From positions 2,000-65,999 of the forward strand of contig JAZRIM010000006.1 of assembly GCA_045645265.1 (NCBI GenBank): 64,000 nt of DNA, given 5' to 3'. Source of the DNA: Candidatus Onthomorpha sp. Lineage in GTDB: Bacteria; Bacteroidota; Bacteroidia; Bacteroidales; P3. Below the pieces are notes generated by a model, which searched no databases, had not been told where the DNA came from, and worked only from the letters and a program-made list of their open reading frames with translations. The position numbers and the translations under genes are program-made. Positions 47,956 through 57,467 of this stretch are shown here, piece by piece (the stretch's first letter is position 1; each line of letters starts with the position of its first letter).

Positions 47956-50900
47956 TTATGCTTTTCTAATATTGATTGCTAATTCTTCGCCTTCGATTAC
48001 ATCTATTGTTTGTAAAGGATTTTCTATCGTATCAACAAATTTCAATTCTTTTGTTAATGTTTCGCTACAAATATATTCTTTAAATGTATCTACTGCTTGG
48101 CATAGCAATTCACATTGTTGTATTTCTACTATTATGTTATCGGTAACGTCAAAGTTTTGTTCTTTTCTTATGTTTTGAATTCTATTTACAAGTTCTCTTG
48201 AGATTCCTTCTTGACGTAACGAATCTGTAATAGTAGTATCTAAGGCTACTGTAAGGTCTGCTTCATTTGTAACTACCCAACCTGGAATGTCTTGTGTGAT
48301 TATTTCAACATCTGAAAGCATTATTTCAATTTCTGCATTTTCTATATTAAGCAAATATTTTCCTTCTGCTTCTATTTGTGCTATGTCTTCTTGTGAGAAT
48401 GAACTTATTGCAGATGCTATTGCTTTCATCTTAGGTCCGAACTTTGGTCCTAATGTTTTGAAGTTTGCTTTTATGCTTTTCACCAACACATTATTCTCTT
48501 TTGTTAAGAAGTCTATATTTTTAATGTTTACTTCTGAAAGTATTAAGTCTTTTACAGCTTCTATTTGATTTTGTTGATGAGCATCTTTTGCTGGAATCAT
48601 TATTTTTGAAAGCGGTTGACGAACTTTTAGGTTGTTTCTTTTTCTTAATGATAACACCAATGAACAAATCTTTTGTGCCATTTGCATTCTTTCTTCCAAT
48701 TCTTTGTCTATCAATGAAGAATCGCATTTTGGGAAGTCTGTTGCGTGAACAGAGAATGAACAATGACGTTTGCTGACATTATTTAAATCGGTAAATAATC
48801 TTTCTGCAAAGAATGGTGCTATTGGAGCTATAAGTTGTGAAAGTGTTTCTAAGCAAGTGTAAAGTGTTTGATAGGCTGAAATCTTATCTTGTGAGTATTC
48901 TCCTTTCCAGAAACGTCTTCTACATAATCTTACATACCAATTACTCAAATATTCATCTACAAAGTTAGCTATTGCTCTACCTGCTTTTGTTGGTTCGTAG
49001 TCTGAATAAGATTTATCACAAAAATCTATCAATGAATTAAGTTCTGAAAGTATCCAACGATCTATTTCAGGACGTTCTTCGTTTGCAACATCTTTTTCTG
49101 CGTAAGTAAAGTTATCTATATTCGCATAAAGAGCAAAGAAAGAATAAGTATTATATAATGTTCCAAAGAATTTTCTTCTTACCTCATCAATTCCACTTGG
49201 ATCAAACTTCAAATTTTCCCAAGGTTGTGTATTGGTAATCATATACCATCTTGTTGCGTCAGGTCCATATTGAGATAAAATATCAAAAGGATTAACTCCA
49301 TTTCCTAAACGCTTTGACATTTTGTTTCCATTCTTGTCTAACACCAATCCATTTGAAACTACATTCTTAAATGATATTGTATCGAAACAAAGTGTTGCTA
49401 TTGCGTGAAGCGTAAAGAACCAACCTCTTGTTTGATCTACTCCTTCTGCTATGAAATCTGCAGGGAAATTGTTTGCTAGTTCTTTATCATTGCAATCAAA
49501 TGGATAATGAAGTTGTGCGTATGGCATAGCTCCTGAATCAAACCAAACATCTATAAGGTCTGTTTCTCTTTTCATTTTTTCACCATTTGGAGCTACTAAA
49601 ATAACTGAATCAATATAAGGACGATGTAAATCAAAACTATCGTAATTTTTATGATCTTTATATGGATTTTCTTTCATATAGCCTGCCGCAATACTCTTTT
49701 CTATTTCGTTAGAAAGCATTTCAACAGAGCTAATACAGATTTCGTGTTTTCCATCTTCTGTTCTCCAAATTGGAAGAGGGGTTCCCCAATATCTTGAACG
49801 ACTTAAATTCCAATCTACAAGGTTTTCAAGCCAATTTCCAAAACGTCCACTACCTGTTGCCTCAGGTTTCCAATTTATTGTTTTGTTTAACTCTATCATT
49901 CTATCCTTTATAGCAGTTGTTCTTATAAACCAACTATCTAATGGATAGTAAAGAATAGGTTTATCTGTTCTCCAACAATGTGGATAGTTGTGTGTGTGTT
50001 TTTCAATTTTGAATACTTTGTTGGATTGTTTTAGATAAACACAAATATCAACATCAAGTGTAGGGTCTTTTTCTGTTAAAGAAGAATCAAACGCATTTTT
50101 AACATATCTTCCTGCAAACTCTCTATATGATTCTTTTACATATTTACTTACAAATTCTTCATCTAAATCTTCTATTTTAAAGAATTTGCCTGTTCTATCT
50201 ACCATTGGTTGATTTTTACCTTCTTTATCCATAACAAACATCGGCACAATTCCCGCTTGTTTTGCTACGCGGTCGTCATCTGCTCCAAAGGTTGGTGCGA
50301 TGTGAACTATACCTGTACCATCTGCTGTCGAAACATAATCTCCTTCTATTACTTTAAAGGCATTACCCATTGGAGTAATAAAATCAGTCAATGGTTCATA
50401 TTCTTCTCCCTTTAAATCTTTACCTTTACATTCTGATAGTATCTTAAATGGGATTGCTTTATCTCCACTTTTATATTCTTCAAATGATAATTCTGCATTC
50501 TTTTCTGGGAAGAATGAACCTAACAATGCTTTTGCTACAACTGCAATCATTGGAAGTCCTGAGTAAGGATTAAATGTTTTAACGAAAACATAATCTATAT
50601 TAGGTCCTACTGCCAAAGCTGTGTTTGAAGGAAGTGTCCAAGGAGTTGTTGTCCAAGCTAAGAAATAAACATCTTCCGAAAGATTTTCTCCTGCTAAATA
50701 TTTTGCTTTTACTTCTTCTTGATTTTTTGCTCTAAATTGTGCAACAGCTGTTGTATCTTTTACATCTCTATAACAGCCTGGCATATTCAATTCGTGAGAA
50801 CTTAAACCTGTTCCTGCTGCAGGAGAAAATGGTTGAATTGTATATCCTTTATATAAATATCCTTTTTCATGAAGTATTCCTAATAAATACCACAAGGTTT

Positions 50901-51375
50901 CTATGTATTCATTTTTGAAAGTGATATATGGATCGTTCAAATCTACCCAATAACCCATTTGAACAGTGAGTTTATCCCACATATCTTTATATTTCATCAC
51001 CTCATTACGACAAGCCGCATTATATTCATCAACAGATATTTTCTTTCCTATATCTTCTTTGGTTATACCTAATTGCTTTTCTACTCCAAGTTCAACAGGT
51101 AATCCGTGTGTATCCCAACCTGCTTTTCTCGCAACATAAAATCCCTTTTGTGTTTTATATCTACAAAAAATATCCTTTATTGTACGGGCCATAACGTGAT
51201 GAATTCCTGGTTGTCCGTTTGCAGAAGGAGGACCTTCAAAGAAGATAAATGGTTTTGCTCCTTCTTTTAATTTCAAGCATTCTTCAAAAGTGCCTTCTTT
51301 TTGCCACTTTTGTAATATCTCATCTGAGATTTGAGTTAAATTAAGTTGTTTATACTCTGCGTATTTTGTACTCAT
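47956..51375 (-). CDS. ileS: Isoleucine--tRNA ligase (long, type 2)
   Basis: 1139 aa. HIGH variant PSANGQPGIHH and KMSKR. Confidence 0.95.
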   Translation of the reverse strand: MSTKYAEYKQLNLTQISDEILQKWQKEGTFEECLKLKEGAKPFIFFEGPPSANGQPGIHHVMARTIKDIFCRYKTQKGFYVARKAGWDTHGLPVELGVEKQLGITKEDIGKKISVDEYNAACRNEVMKYKDMWDKLTVQMGYWVDLNDPYITFKNEYIETLWYLLGILHEKGYLYKGYTIQPFSPAAGTGLSSHELNMPGCYRDVKDTTAVAQFRAKNQEEVKAKYLAGENLSEDVYFLAWTTTPWTLPSNTALAVGPNIDYVFVKTFNPYSGLPMIAVVAKALLGSFFPEKNAELSFEEYKSGDKAIPFKILSECKGKDLKGEEYEPLTDFITPMGNAFKVIEGDYVSTADGTGIVHIAPTFGADDDRVAKQAGIVPMFVMDKEGKNQPMVDRTGKFFKIEDLDEEFVSKYVKESYREFAGRYVKNAFDSSLTEKDPTLDVDICVYLKQSNKVFKIEKHTHNYPHCWRTDKPILYYPLDSWFIRTTAIKDRMIELNKTINWKPEATGSGRFGNWLENLVDWNLSRSRYWGTPLPIWRTEDGKHEICISSVEMLSNEIEKSIAAGYMKENPYKDHKNYDSFDLHRPYIDSVILVAPNGEKMKRETDLIDVWFDSGAMPYAQLHYPFDCNDKELANNFPADFIAEGVDQTRGWFFTLHAIATLCFDTISFKNVVSNGLVLDKNGNKMSKRLGNGVNPFDILSQYGPDATRWYMITNTQPWENLKFDPSGIDEVRRKFFGTLYNTYSFFALYANIDNFTYAEKDVANEERPEIDRWILSELNSLIDFCDKSYSDYEPTKAGRAIANFVDEYLSNWYVRLCRRRFWKGEYSQDKISAYQTLYTCLETLSQLIAPIAPFFAERLFTDLNNVSKRHCSFSVHATDFPKCDSSLIDKELEERMQMAQKICSLVLSLRKRNNLKVRQPLSKIMIPAKDAHQQNQIEAVKDLILSEVNIKNIDFLTKENNVLVKSIKANFKTLGPKFGPKMKAIASAISSFSQEDIAQIEAEGKYLLNIENAEIEIMLSDVEIITQDIPGWVVTNEADLTVALDTTITDSLRQEGISRELVNRIQNIRKEQNFDVTDNIIVEIQQCELLCQAVDTFKEYICSETLTKELKFVDTIENPLQTIDVIEGEELAINIRKA

Positions 51376-51401
51376 ATTCGTTATTATTTATAAAATGACT
51401 G

Positions 51402-51409
51402 CAAAAATA
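51402..51409 (-). promoter_or_regulatory. -7 box TATTTTTG for ileS
   Basis: Plus-strand CAAAAATA, 26 nt upstream of ATG 51375. Confidence 0.55.
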
Positions 51410-51414
51410 ATAAA

Positions 51415-51498
51415 AATCAGCAAATTATTTCTTTAAATCAGCAAATTATTTCTTTCATTTAAAAAATTATCTCTTTGAATTAAAAATTTTATTCTTTG
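51415..51498 (+). repeat. Four exact 21-bp units upstream of the UpxY promoter
   Basis: Units: AATCAGCAAATTATTTCTTTA / AATCAGCAAATTATTTCTTTC / ATTTAAAAAATTATCTCTTTG / AATTAAAAATTTTATTCTTTG. The C of each CTTT falls at 51431, 51452, 51473 and 51494. Confidence 0.85.
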
Positions 51499-51544
51499 TT
51501 TTATTTTTTCAATCATTAGTTTGTCGCTTTCCATAATATTTTCT

Positions 51545-51552
51545 TACCTTTG
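51545..51552 (+). promoter_or_regulatory. -7 box TACCTTTG for the capsule-export locus
   Basis: 29 nt upstream of ATG 51582. Confidence 0.55.
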
Positions 51553-51581
51553 CAGAGTTTATTTTTTAATTTGTAAGTAGT

Positions 51582-52127
51582 ATGTTGCACGAAGATAATG
51601 AAGTTTTATGGTATGCAATGAGAGTACCATACAGAAATGAATTGAAAGTGCAATTAAAATTACAAGAAAAAGGTATAGAGACATTTGTCCCTAAACGAAA
51701 AAAAATTGTAAAAAAGAGAGGCAAAACTTCATATGAATTATTGCCAGCAGTAAACAATTTGATTTTTGTACATAGTTCATTGTCTGTTATTAAAAATTTA
51801 AAACAAGAGATATTGAACTTACAATATTTGGTTAATAAATCGGGGTGTGAAAGCATAAAAATTGTTGTTAGAGACAATGAAATGCAAAGTTTTATTAAAG
51901 CAGTAGAAAATTTAGAAGAAGAAATAACATACCTATCGCCTGAGGAAATAAACATTGAGAAAGGAACAAGAGTTAGAATCATAGGAGGAAACTTTGATGG
52001 GGTTGAAGGAATATTTGTAAAAGTAAAAGGGAAACGTAATAAAAAAGTAGTAGTAATGTTAGATAAGTTATTGGCAGTTGTAATGGCAGAAGTAGATTCC
52101 GATTTAATAGAAATAATCAAAAATTAA
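51582..52127 (+). CDS. UpxY-family (NusG-like) transcription antiterminator
   Basis: The WYAMRVPYRNELKV...L...GIETFVP N-terminus and a KOW-like G..VRII.G.F.G.EG segment. It is the first gene of a polysaccharide locus. Confidence 0.8.
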   Translation: MLHEDNEVLWYAMRVPYRNELKVQLKLQEKGIETFVPKRKKIVKKRGKTSYELLPAVNNLIFVHSSLSVIKNLKQEILNLQYLVNKSGCESIKIVVRDNEMQSFIKAVENLEEEITYLSPEEINIEKGTRVRIIGGNFDGVEGIFVKVKGKRNKKVVVMLDKLLAVVMAEVDSDLIEIIKN

Positions 52128-52134
52128 AAATAAC

Positions 52135-52938
52135 ATGAAGTTAAACAAAAGAAGTTTGTATCTTAAATTAAGCCTTGTAGGTATAGTGATAATGTTTTTA
52201 CATTCTTGTACTTCAACAAAAGATATTGTATATTATCAAGACGTAGATTCAATAGCGGAATTAGAAGTTCCTCCTGCAAAAGAAATAATTCTATCACCAG
52301 GAGACAAAATTTCTGTTATAGTTAGTTGTAAAGATCCAAAGCTTACTGAGTTATTTAACTTAACTTACGTTTCTCAAAAATTAGGAGGTTCATCAGGAAA
52401 TGGACAAGTTTCTGTCTACACAATAGACCCTGAGGGCTTTATTGATATGCCTGCTATTGGCAAAGTACACGTTGCAGGAGTAACTCGTAAAGAAGCAGAA
52501 GATAAAGTCAAACAAACAATAATCGCACAAGAACAAGCAACAGAAGCCGTTGTTACAATAGAGTTTATGGATCTAAACATTGAAATTATTGGAGAAATTG
52601 CAAGACCTGGCCGATATGCAATAGACAAAGATGTTTTCACTCTAATAGAAGCCATAAGTGCAGCGGGAGATTTAACAATCTATGGAAGAAGAGACAATGT
52701 ATTAGTTATGAGAGAAGAGAACGGGGTTCAAAAAACATATAGAATTAATTTATGCTCAGCACAAGATGTTTTCAATTCCCCTGCTTTTTATTTAAAACAA
52801 AATGATATCGTATATATAGAGCCAAACAATACTCGAATAAGACAATCGACTGTAAACGGAAATAATGTTCGTTCAACATCATTCTGGCTCTCAGTAGCAT
52901 CTTTTGTAACATCTATTTTATTAGTATTTATTAGATAA
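52135..52938 (+). CDS. Polysaccharide export outer-membrane protein (Wza/BexD family)
   Basis: Lipoprotein-like signal (LHSCTS). Poly_export motif (L.PGD.I.V.V) and an SLBB segment. Confidence 0.8.
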   Translation: MKLNKRSLYLKLSLVGIVIMFLHSCTSTKDIVYYQDVDSIAELEVPPAKEIILSPGDKISVIVSCKDPKLTELFNLTYVSQKLGGSSGNGQVSVYTIDPEGFIDMPAIGKVHVAGVTRKEAEDKVKQTIIAQEQATEAVVTIEFMDLNIEIIGEIARPGRYAIDKDVFTLIEAISAAGDLTIYGRRDNVLVMREENGVQKTYRINLCSAQDVFNSPAFYLKQNDIVYIEPNNTRIRQSTVNGNNVRSTSFWLSVASFVTSILLVFIR

Positions 52939-52954
52939 TTAAAAAACAATAATC

Positions 52955-55369
52955 GTGGAACAAAAAGACAATTTCAAACAAGAGCAAGAAGAACAAATAC
53001 TTGACATTAGAAGTATAATCTATTTTTGTATTTCAAAATGGTATTGGTTTGTTATTTCAATCATTTTATCAGTTGCGATAGCTTTTCTATACACCAAAAC
53101 GATTGAACCATCATATTCAGCAAATGCAGAGCTACAAATAAAGTCAGGTTCAAGCAAGAATTCAATGTTCGGAGAAAATGTTCTTTCTAATGGAGGTGTT
53201 TTAAACGGTAATACCAATGTATGGAATGAAATAATCGCATTTAGCTCTCCCGATTTAATGGTAGAGGTTGTTGAGAGATTAAGCCTCCATACAAATTATC
53301 GCAAACCAGGATTATTCTATAACAAACTTCTTTACGGAACAAATCTTCCTGTTACAGTCTCTATGCCTGATCTTGCAGATAATGCCGTTGCTTCATTTAC
53401 CATAAAACTATTAGGAAAAGAGAAATATGTCATAACAGATATGAGTTTCAATGGAAGAAAGTTTGAAGGCAAAACAATAAATGGTAGTTTACACGATACT
53501 ATCTCTTCACCTTATGGAAATTTAATAGTTAAACCCACTAGCCATTACAACATACAACTTGCAACAACGACTAACGAAATACTTGTTAATCGTTCAAGTA
53601 AAAATTACGCAGTAGAAAAATATTCAAACAAATTAGGCGTAGTACAAAGCAACAAAGAAGCGGCTATTATAACTCTTTCAGTAAATGATGTATCTCCTCA
53701 AAGAGCAGAAGACTTTTTAAACACTTTAATTGTTGTTTACAACGAACATTGGATTAAAGACAAAAATCAAATGGCAAACTCAACATCTATCTTCATTAAC
53801 GACCGTTTACTAGTAATCGAAAATGAGTTAGCAAGTGTAGATAACGACATTTCTTCATATAAATCTGAAAATCTATTGCCAGATGTTAATACTGTTGCAA
53901 ATATGTATTTACAACAAAGCACAAATTTAAATGAACAAATTCGTGAACTAAGCAATCAAATATCGATGGCTCGCTATATTAAAGACTATCTTTCAAAAAA
54001 TGCAAGCACTTCTGAACTTTTGCCTGTAAACTCAGGAATTCAAAACGCTAATATTGAAAGAATGATTTCAGAACACAATGCAAAATTATTGGAAAGAAAC
54101 AACTTAGTTGCCAATAGTAGTGAAAAAAACATTCTTGTAAAGGATATGGATAAGGCTTTAATGGAAATGCGTAGGATTATTGGAGTTTCTGTTGACAATC
54201 AAATAACTGTTCTTCAAAATCAAATGACTCTATTACAAAGAACAGAGAAACAAACCTCTGCAAAGCTTGCTTCAAATCCTAATCAAGCCAAAGTATTGTT
54301 ATCTGTTGAAAGACAACAAGCCGTAAAACAATCTTTGTACTTGTATCTTCTTCAAAAACGTGAAGAAAACGAACTTTCGCAAGCATTTACTGCCTACAAC
54401 ACTCGTATAATCAAACAACCAAGAGCCAGCCTCTTTCCTGTATCACCAAGAGGCTCTATGATTTTATTCGTAGGTTTTATTATAGGTTTTGCTATTCCTT
54501 TGGCGATAATTGTTCTTAAAGAATTATTAACAACAACCGTTCGTGGACGACAAGATTTAAAAAACTTAACCCTTCCTTTCTTAGGAGAAATTCCTAATTG
54601 TTTCCCTAAACGTACAGGATTTGCACGTTTGAAGAAAAAAACCGAAGAAGAAAGCAATAAAATCGTTGTTAAAGCAGGAAGTAGAGATATTGTAAATGAA
54701 GCATTCCGTAGTTTAAGAACCAATTTAGACTTTATGGTAAAAAATAATGCTTCAAACGCAGTTGCTATTACTTCTTACAATCCTGGTTCTGGTAAATCGT
54801 TTATCTCTGTTAATTTAGCAATAGCCTTAGCTATTCAAAACAAAAAAGTTTTAGTAATTGACGCCGACCTACGTCACGCTTCAACTTCTCAATTCGTAGA
54901 AGCACCAAAATTAGGCCTTTCCGACTTCTTGGCAGGAAGAATTCCAGATGTAAACGATGTAGTAATAAAAGACAAAACCTATAACTCGCTACACGTATTG
55001 CCTGTTGGAACAATCCCTCCTAACCCTGCCGAATTACTATCACAAGACTTATTTAAAACAATGATTGACAAATTCAAACAAAACTTTGATTATGTCATAG
55101 TAGACTGCCCTCCGATTGAAATTGTAACAGACACACACATCATAGAAAAGAGTGTAGATAGAACAATCTTCATTATTAGAGCAAGACTTTTGGAAAGAAA
55201 TATGTTAAGTGATTTGCAAAGTCATTATGTTAATGGAACATTCAAAAATATGTCTTGCATACTTAACGGAACTGAAAAAGACAGCAGTAAATATGGTAAG
55301 TTTGGTTACAAATACGGCTATAAATATGGTTATAAATACGGAAGCTATTACTCAAACAACGACAAATAA
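52955..55369 (+). CDS. Wzc-type chain-length determinant / BY tyrosine kinase
   Basis: GTG start. Wzz-like N-terminal half with 2 TM helices. Walker A NPGSGKSF, Walker B VIVDCPP and a Tyr cluster KYGKFGYKYGYKYGYKYGSYY. Confidence 0.85.
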   Translation: MEQKDNFKQEQEEQILDIRSIIYFCISKWYWFVISIILSVAIAFLYTKTIEPSYSANAELQIKSGSSKNSMFGENVLSNGGVLNGNTNVWNEIIAFSSPDLMVEVVERLSLHTNYRKPGLFYNKLLYGTNLPVTVSMPDLADNAVASFTIKLLGKEKYVITDMSFNGRKFEGKTINGSLHDTISSPYGNLIVKPTSHYNIQLATTTNEILVNRSSKNYAVEKYSNKLGVVQSNKEAAIITLSVNDVSPQRAEDFLNTLIVVYNEHWIKDKNQMANSTSIFINDRLLVIENELASVDNDISSYKSENLLPDVNTVANMYLQQSTNLNEQIRELSNQISMARYIKDYLSKNASTSELLPVNSGIQNANIERMISEHNAKLLERNNLVANSSEKNILVKDMDKALMEMRRIIGVSVDNQITVLQNQMTLLQRTEKQTSAKLASNPNQAKVLLSVERQQAVKQSLYLYLLQKREENELSQAFTAYNTRIIKQPRASLFPVSPRGSMILFVGFIIGFAIPLAIIVLKELLTTTVRGRQDLKNLTLPFLGEIPNCFPKRTGFARLKKKTEEESNKIVVKAGSRDIVNEAFRSLRTNLDFMVKNNASNAVAITSYNPGSGKSFISVNLAIALAIQNKKVLVIDADLRHASTSQFVEAPKLGLSDFLAGRIPDVNDVVIKDKTYNSLHVLPVGTIPPNPAELLSQDLFKTMIDKFKQNFDYVIVDCPPIEIVTDTHIIEKSVDRTIFIIRARLLERNMLSDLQSHYVNGTFKNMSCILNGTEKDSSKYGKFGYKYGYKYGYKYGSYYSNNDK

Positions 55370-55383
55370 ACCTCTTACGACAC

Positions 55384-56067
55384 TTGGCAAATCTTTTTAG
55401 CAAATTATTCAGCAAAGAAAGCAAATTAAAAAAGAGTGGATTGTTAGATAAAAAATCTGACGTCCACTCTCATATTCTTTATGGTGTAGATGATGGAGTT
55501 CAACAATTAGAAGAAAGTCTTCAAATCCTAAGAGAATTAGAAAACTTAGGCATAGAAACCCTTTGGTGTACTCCTCACATCATGGAAGACATACCAAATC
55601 AAACCAACTTTTTACAAGAAAGATTTCTACAACTAAAAGAGGCTTATAATGGTAAGATTCAATTACATTTAGCAGCCGAATATATGATAGACAATGTGTT
55701 TAACGAAAGACTATCAAAGAAAGATTTCCTACCTCATGGCGAATTTAAAAATCATTTACTTGTAGAAACCTCTTATTTCAATCCTCCATTAAATTTAGAG
55801 GAAACTTTAAAAGAAATATACTCAATAGGCTATTATCCATTGCTTGCTCACCCTGAGCGATATGCCTATATGACAGATAAAGACTATATTAAACTAAAAT
55901 CAAACGGCATAAAATTTCAATTAAACCTACTTTCCTTAAAAGGAATGTATGGGAAAATGGCTCAAAAAAAAGCAGAATGGTTGCTTTCCAAAGAATATTA
56001 CGATGAAGTTGGAAGCGATATTCATTCAATTCATCAAATACGTGCATTAAAAGACTTATTTAAATAA
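55384..56067 (+). CDS. CpsB/Wzh-type PHP-family protein-tyrosine phosphatase
   Basis: DVHSHILYGVDDG and AHPERY motifs. No in-frame ATG; the start is TTG 55384 or TTG 55441. Confidence 0.75.
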   Translation: MANLFSKLFSKESKLKKSGLLDKKSDVHSHILYGVDDGVQQLEESLQILRELENLGIETLWCTPHIMEDIPNQTNFLQERFLQLKEAYNGKIQLHLAAEYMIDNVFNERLSKKDFLPHGEFKNHLLVETSYFNPPLNLEETLKEIYSIGYYPLLAHPERYAYMTDKDYIKLKSNGIKFQLNLLSLKGMYGKMAQKKAEWLLSKEYYDEVGSDIHSIHQIRALKDLFK

Positions 56068-56130
56068 ATAAACGAGCGTTTAAAATAAATAAATGAATGT
56101 TTTAATTTAATAAGTGAGCGTTTTAATTTA
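56061..56130 (+). repeat. Three ~21-bp direct repeats carrying the hairpin half-site (C/T)GAGCGTTT
   Basis: AAATAAACGAGCGTTTAA / AAATAAATGAATGTTTTAA / TTAATAAGTGAGCGTTTTAA. GA(G/A)(C/T)G cores start at 56074, 56094 and 56116. Confidence 0.7.
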
Positions 56131-56134
56131 ACAA

Positions 56135-57244
56135 ATGACTGATTCAAAACAACATTATCAAGTTCTTGACGGATTAAGGGGCGTTGCTGCAATTGTTGTG
56201 ATTTGTTACCATATATTTGAAGGCTTTTCCTTCGCTCAAATTACTAACAACGCTGGCGATGGCTTAATAAGAATATTCAATCACGGATACTTAGCAGTAG
56301 ATTTCTTCTTTTTGTTATCGGGATTCGTAATAAACTATGCCTATAACGATAGGTGGAATCAATTAACAATAGTTTCCTTTTTCAAACGCAGGCTAATACG
56401 CCTCCACCCTATGCTAATAATGGGAGCATTCATCGGATTGATTTGCTTTCTCATTGGAGGCTCTGAGCAATGGAATGGAACAACTATTCCTTTTCATATC
56501 TCAATAATCGCATTCTTACTAACCTGTTTTATGATTCCTGCCTTACCTGGCACATTCAATGAAGTAAGAGGAAATGGTGAACTTTTCCCACTCAATGGTC
56601 CTATGTGGTCTTTATTTTTTGAATACATAGGCAATATTTTCTACGCCTTATTCATCAGAAGATTAAACACAAAACCTCTAACCCTTTTAGTAATTCTCTT
56701 AGGTATTCTTCACGGCATATTTACCATAGGAAACTTTTCCGGATATGGCTCAATAGGAGTCGGTTGGACTTTTGATACAATCAATTTCTTTGGAGGAATG
56801 TTACGAATGCTTTTCCCCTTTACCTTAGGAATGCTTATTTCTCGTCAATTTAAAGAAATAAAACTTCCATATCCATTCTTTTTTTCCTCAATCCTTCTAA
56901 TTGCCACACTTTCCATTCCTTTTATTACTCCTTTTAAAACAATAAATCTCAACGGCATTTACGAATTTCTTTGCATCTCAATAATCTTTCCTATAATTCT
57001 TATAATAGGAGCATCAACTCAAAAAAAATCAAAACCAAGCAAAATCTTAGGAGAATTATCCTATCCTTTATACATCATACACTACCCTATAATGTACTTA
57101 TTCTATCAATGGCTAATAAAAACCAAGCAATACACACTTTCGGAAACCTATCCCGTTGCTTTATTAATAGTAATTCTTTCAATAGCGATTACCTTTGTTT
57201 TATTAAAATTATACGACAAACCTATAAGACAAAGATTAAAATAA
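56135..57244 (+). CDS. Acyltransferase family 3 (third copy, in the export locus)
   Basis: 369 aa. Motifs LDGLRGVAAIVV..YH and FFFLLSGFV. Confidence 0.8.
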   Translation: MTDSKQHYQVLDGLRGVAAIVVICYHIFEGFSFAQITNNAGDGLIRIFNHGYLAVDFFFLLSGFVINYAYNDRWNQLTIVSFFKRRLIRLHPMLIMGAFIGLICFLIGGSEQWNGTTIPFHISIIAFLLTCFMIPALPGTFNEVRGNGELFPLNGPMWSLFFEYIGNIFYALFIRRLNTKPLTLLVILLGILHGIFTIGNFSGYGSIGVGWTFDTINFFGGMLRMLFPFTLGMLISRQFKEIKLPYPFFFSSILLIATLSIPFITPFKTINLNGIYEFLCISIIFPIILIIGASTQKKSKPSKILGELSYPLYIIHYPIMYLFYQWLIKTKQYTLSETYPVALLIVILSIAITFVLLKLYDKPIRQRLK

Positions 57245-57275
57245 AAAAGACACTAATTTGTCCATTTTATGAACA

Positions 57276-57320
57276 TTAAACAGAGGATTTGTCCAAAAAA
57301 AGAACAAATTCTCTGTTTAA
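57276..57320 (+). terminator. Extended hairpin terminator
   Basis: TTAAACAGAG / CTCTGTTTAA outer arms with inner ATTTGT/ACAAAT, followed by TTTATTTT. Confidence 0.6.
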
Positions 57321-57467
57321 TTTATTTTGCTTAATTTAATTATTCAAATTTTTTCTCGCTGATTTTCTTTCATTTATATTTTATGGCGATTTTTTTTCTT
57401 CATTTTTTGCTGTTGGGAACGATAATTGCAATTCATAAGACATAAAACATATTAAACTTTATTTATT

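Noticed and set aside
51376-51581. An invertible (phase-variable) promoter in front of the UpxY locus, as in Bacteroides capsule loci.
   Set aside because: I found no flanking inverted repeats around the -7 box and no serine or tyrosine recombinase in the window. Only direct 21-bp repeats are present.
51566-52120. A 184-aa ORF antisense to almost the whole UpxY gene.
   Set aside because: The sense frame has clear NusG/UpxY motifs and a promoter. The antisense product is Ser/Thr/Ile/Phe-rich with no recognisable motifs, as expected by chance in AT-rich DNA.
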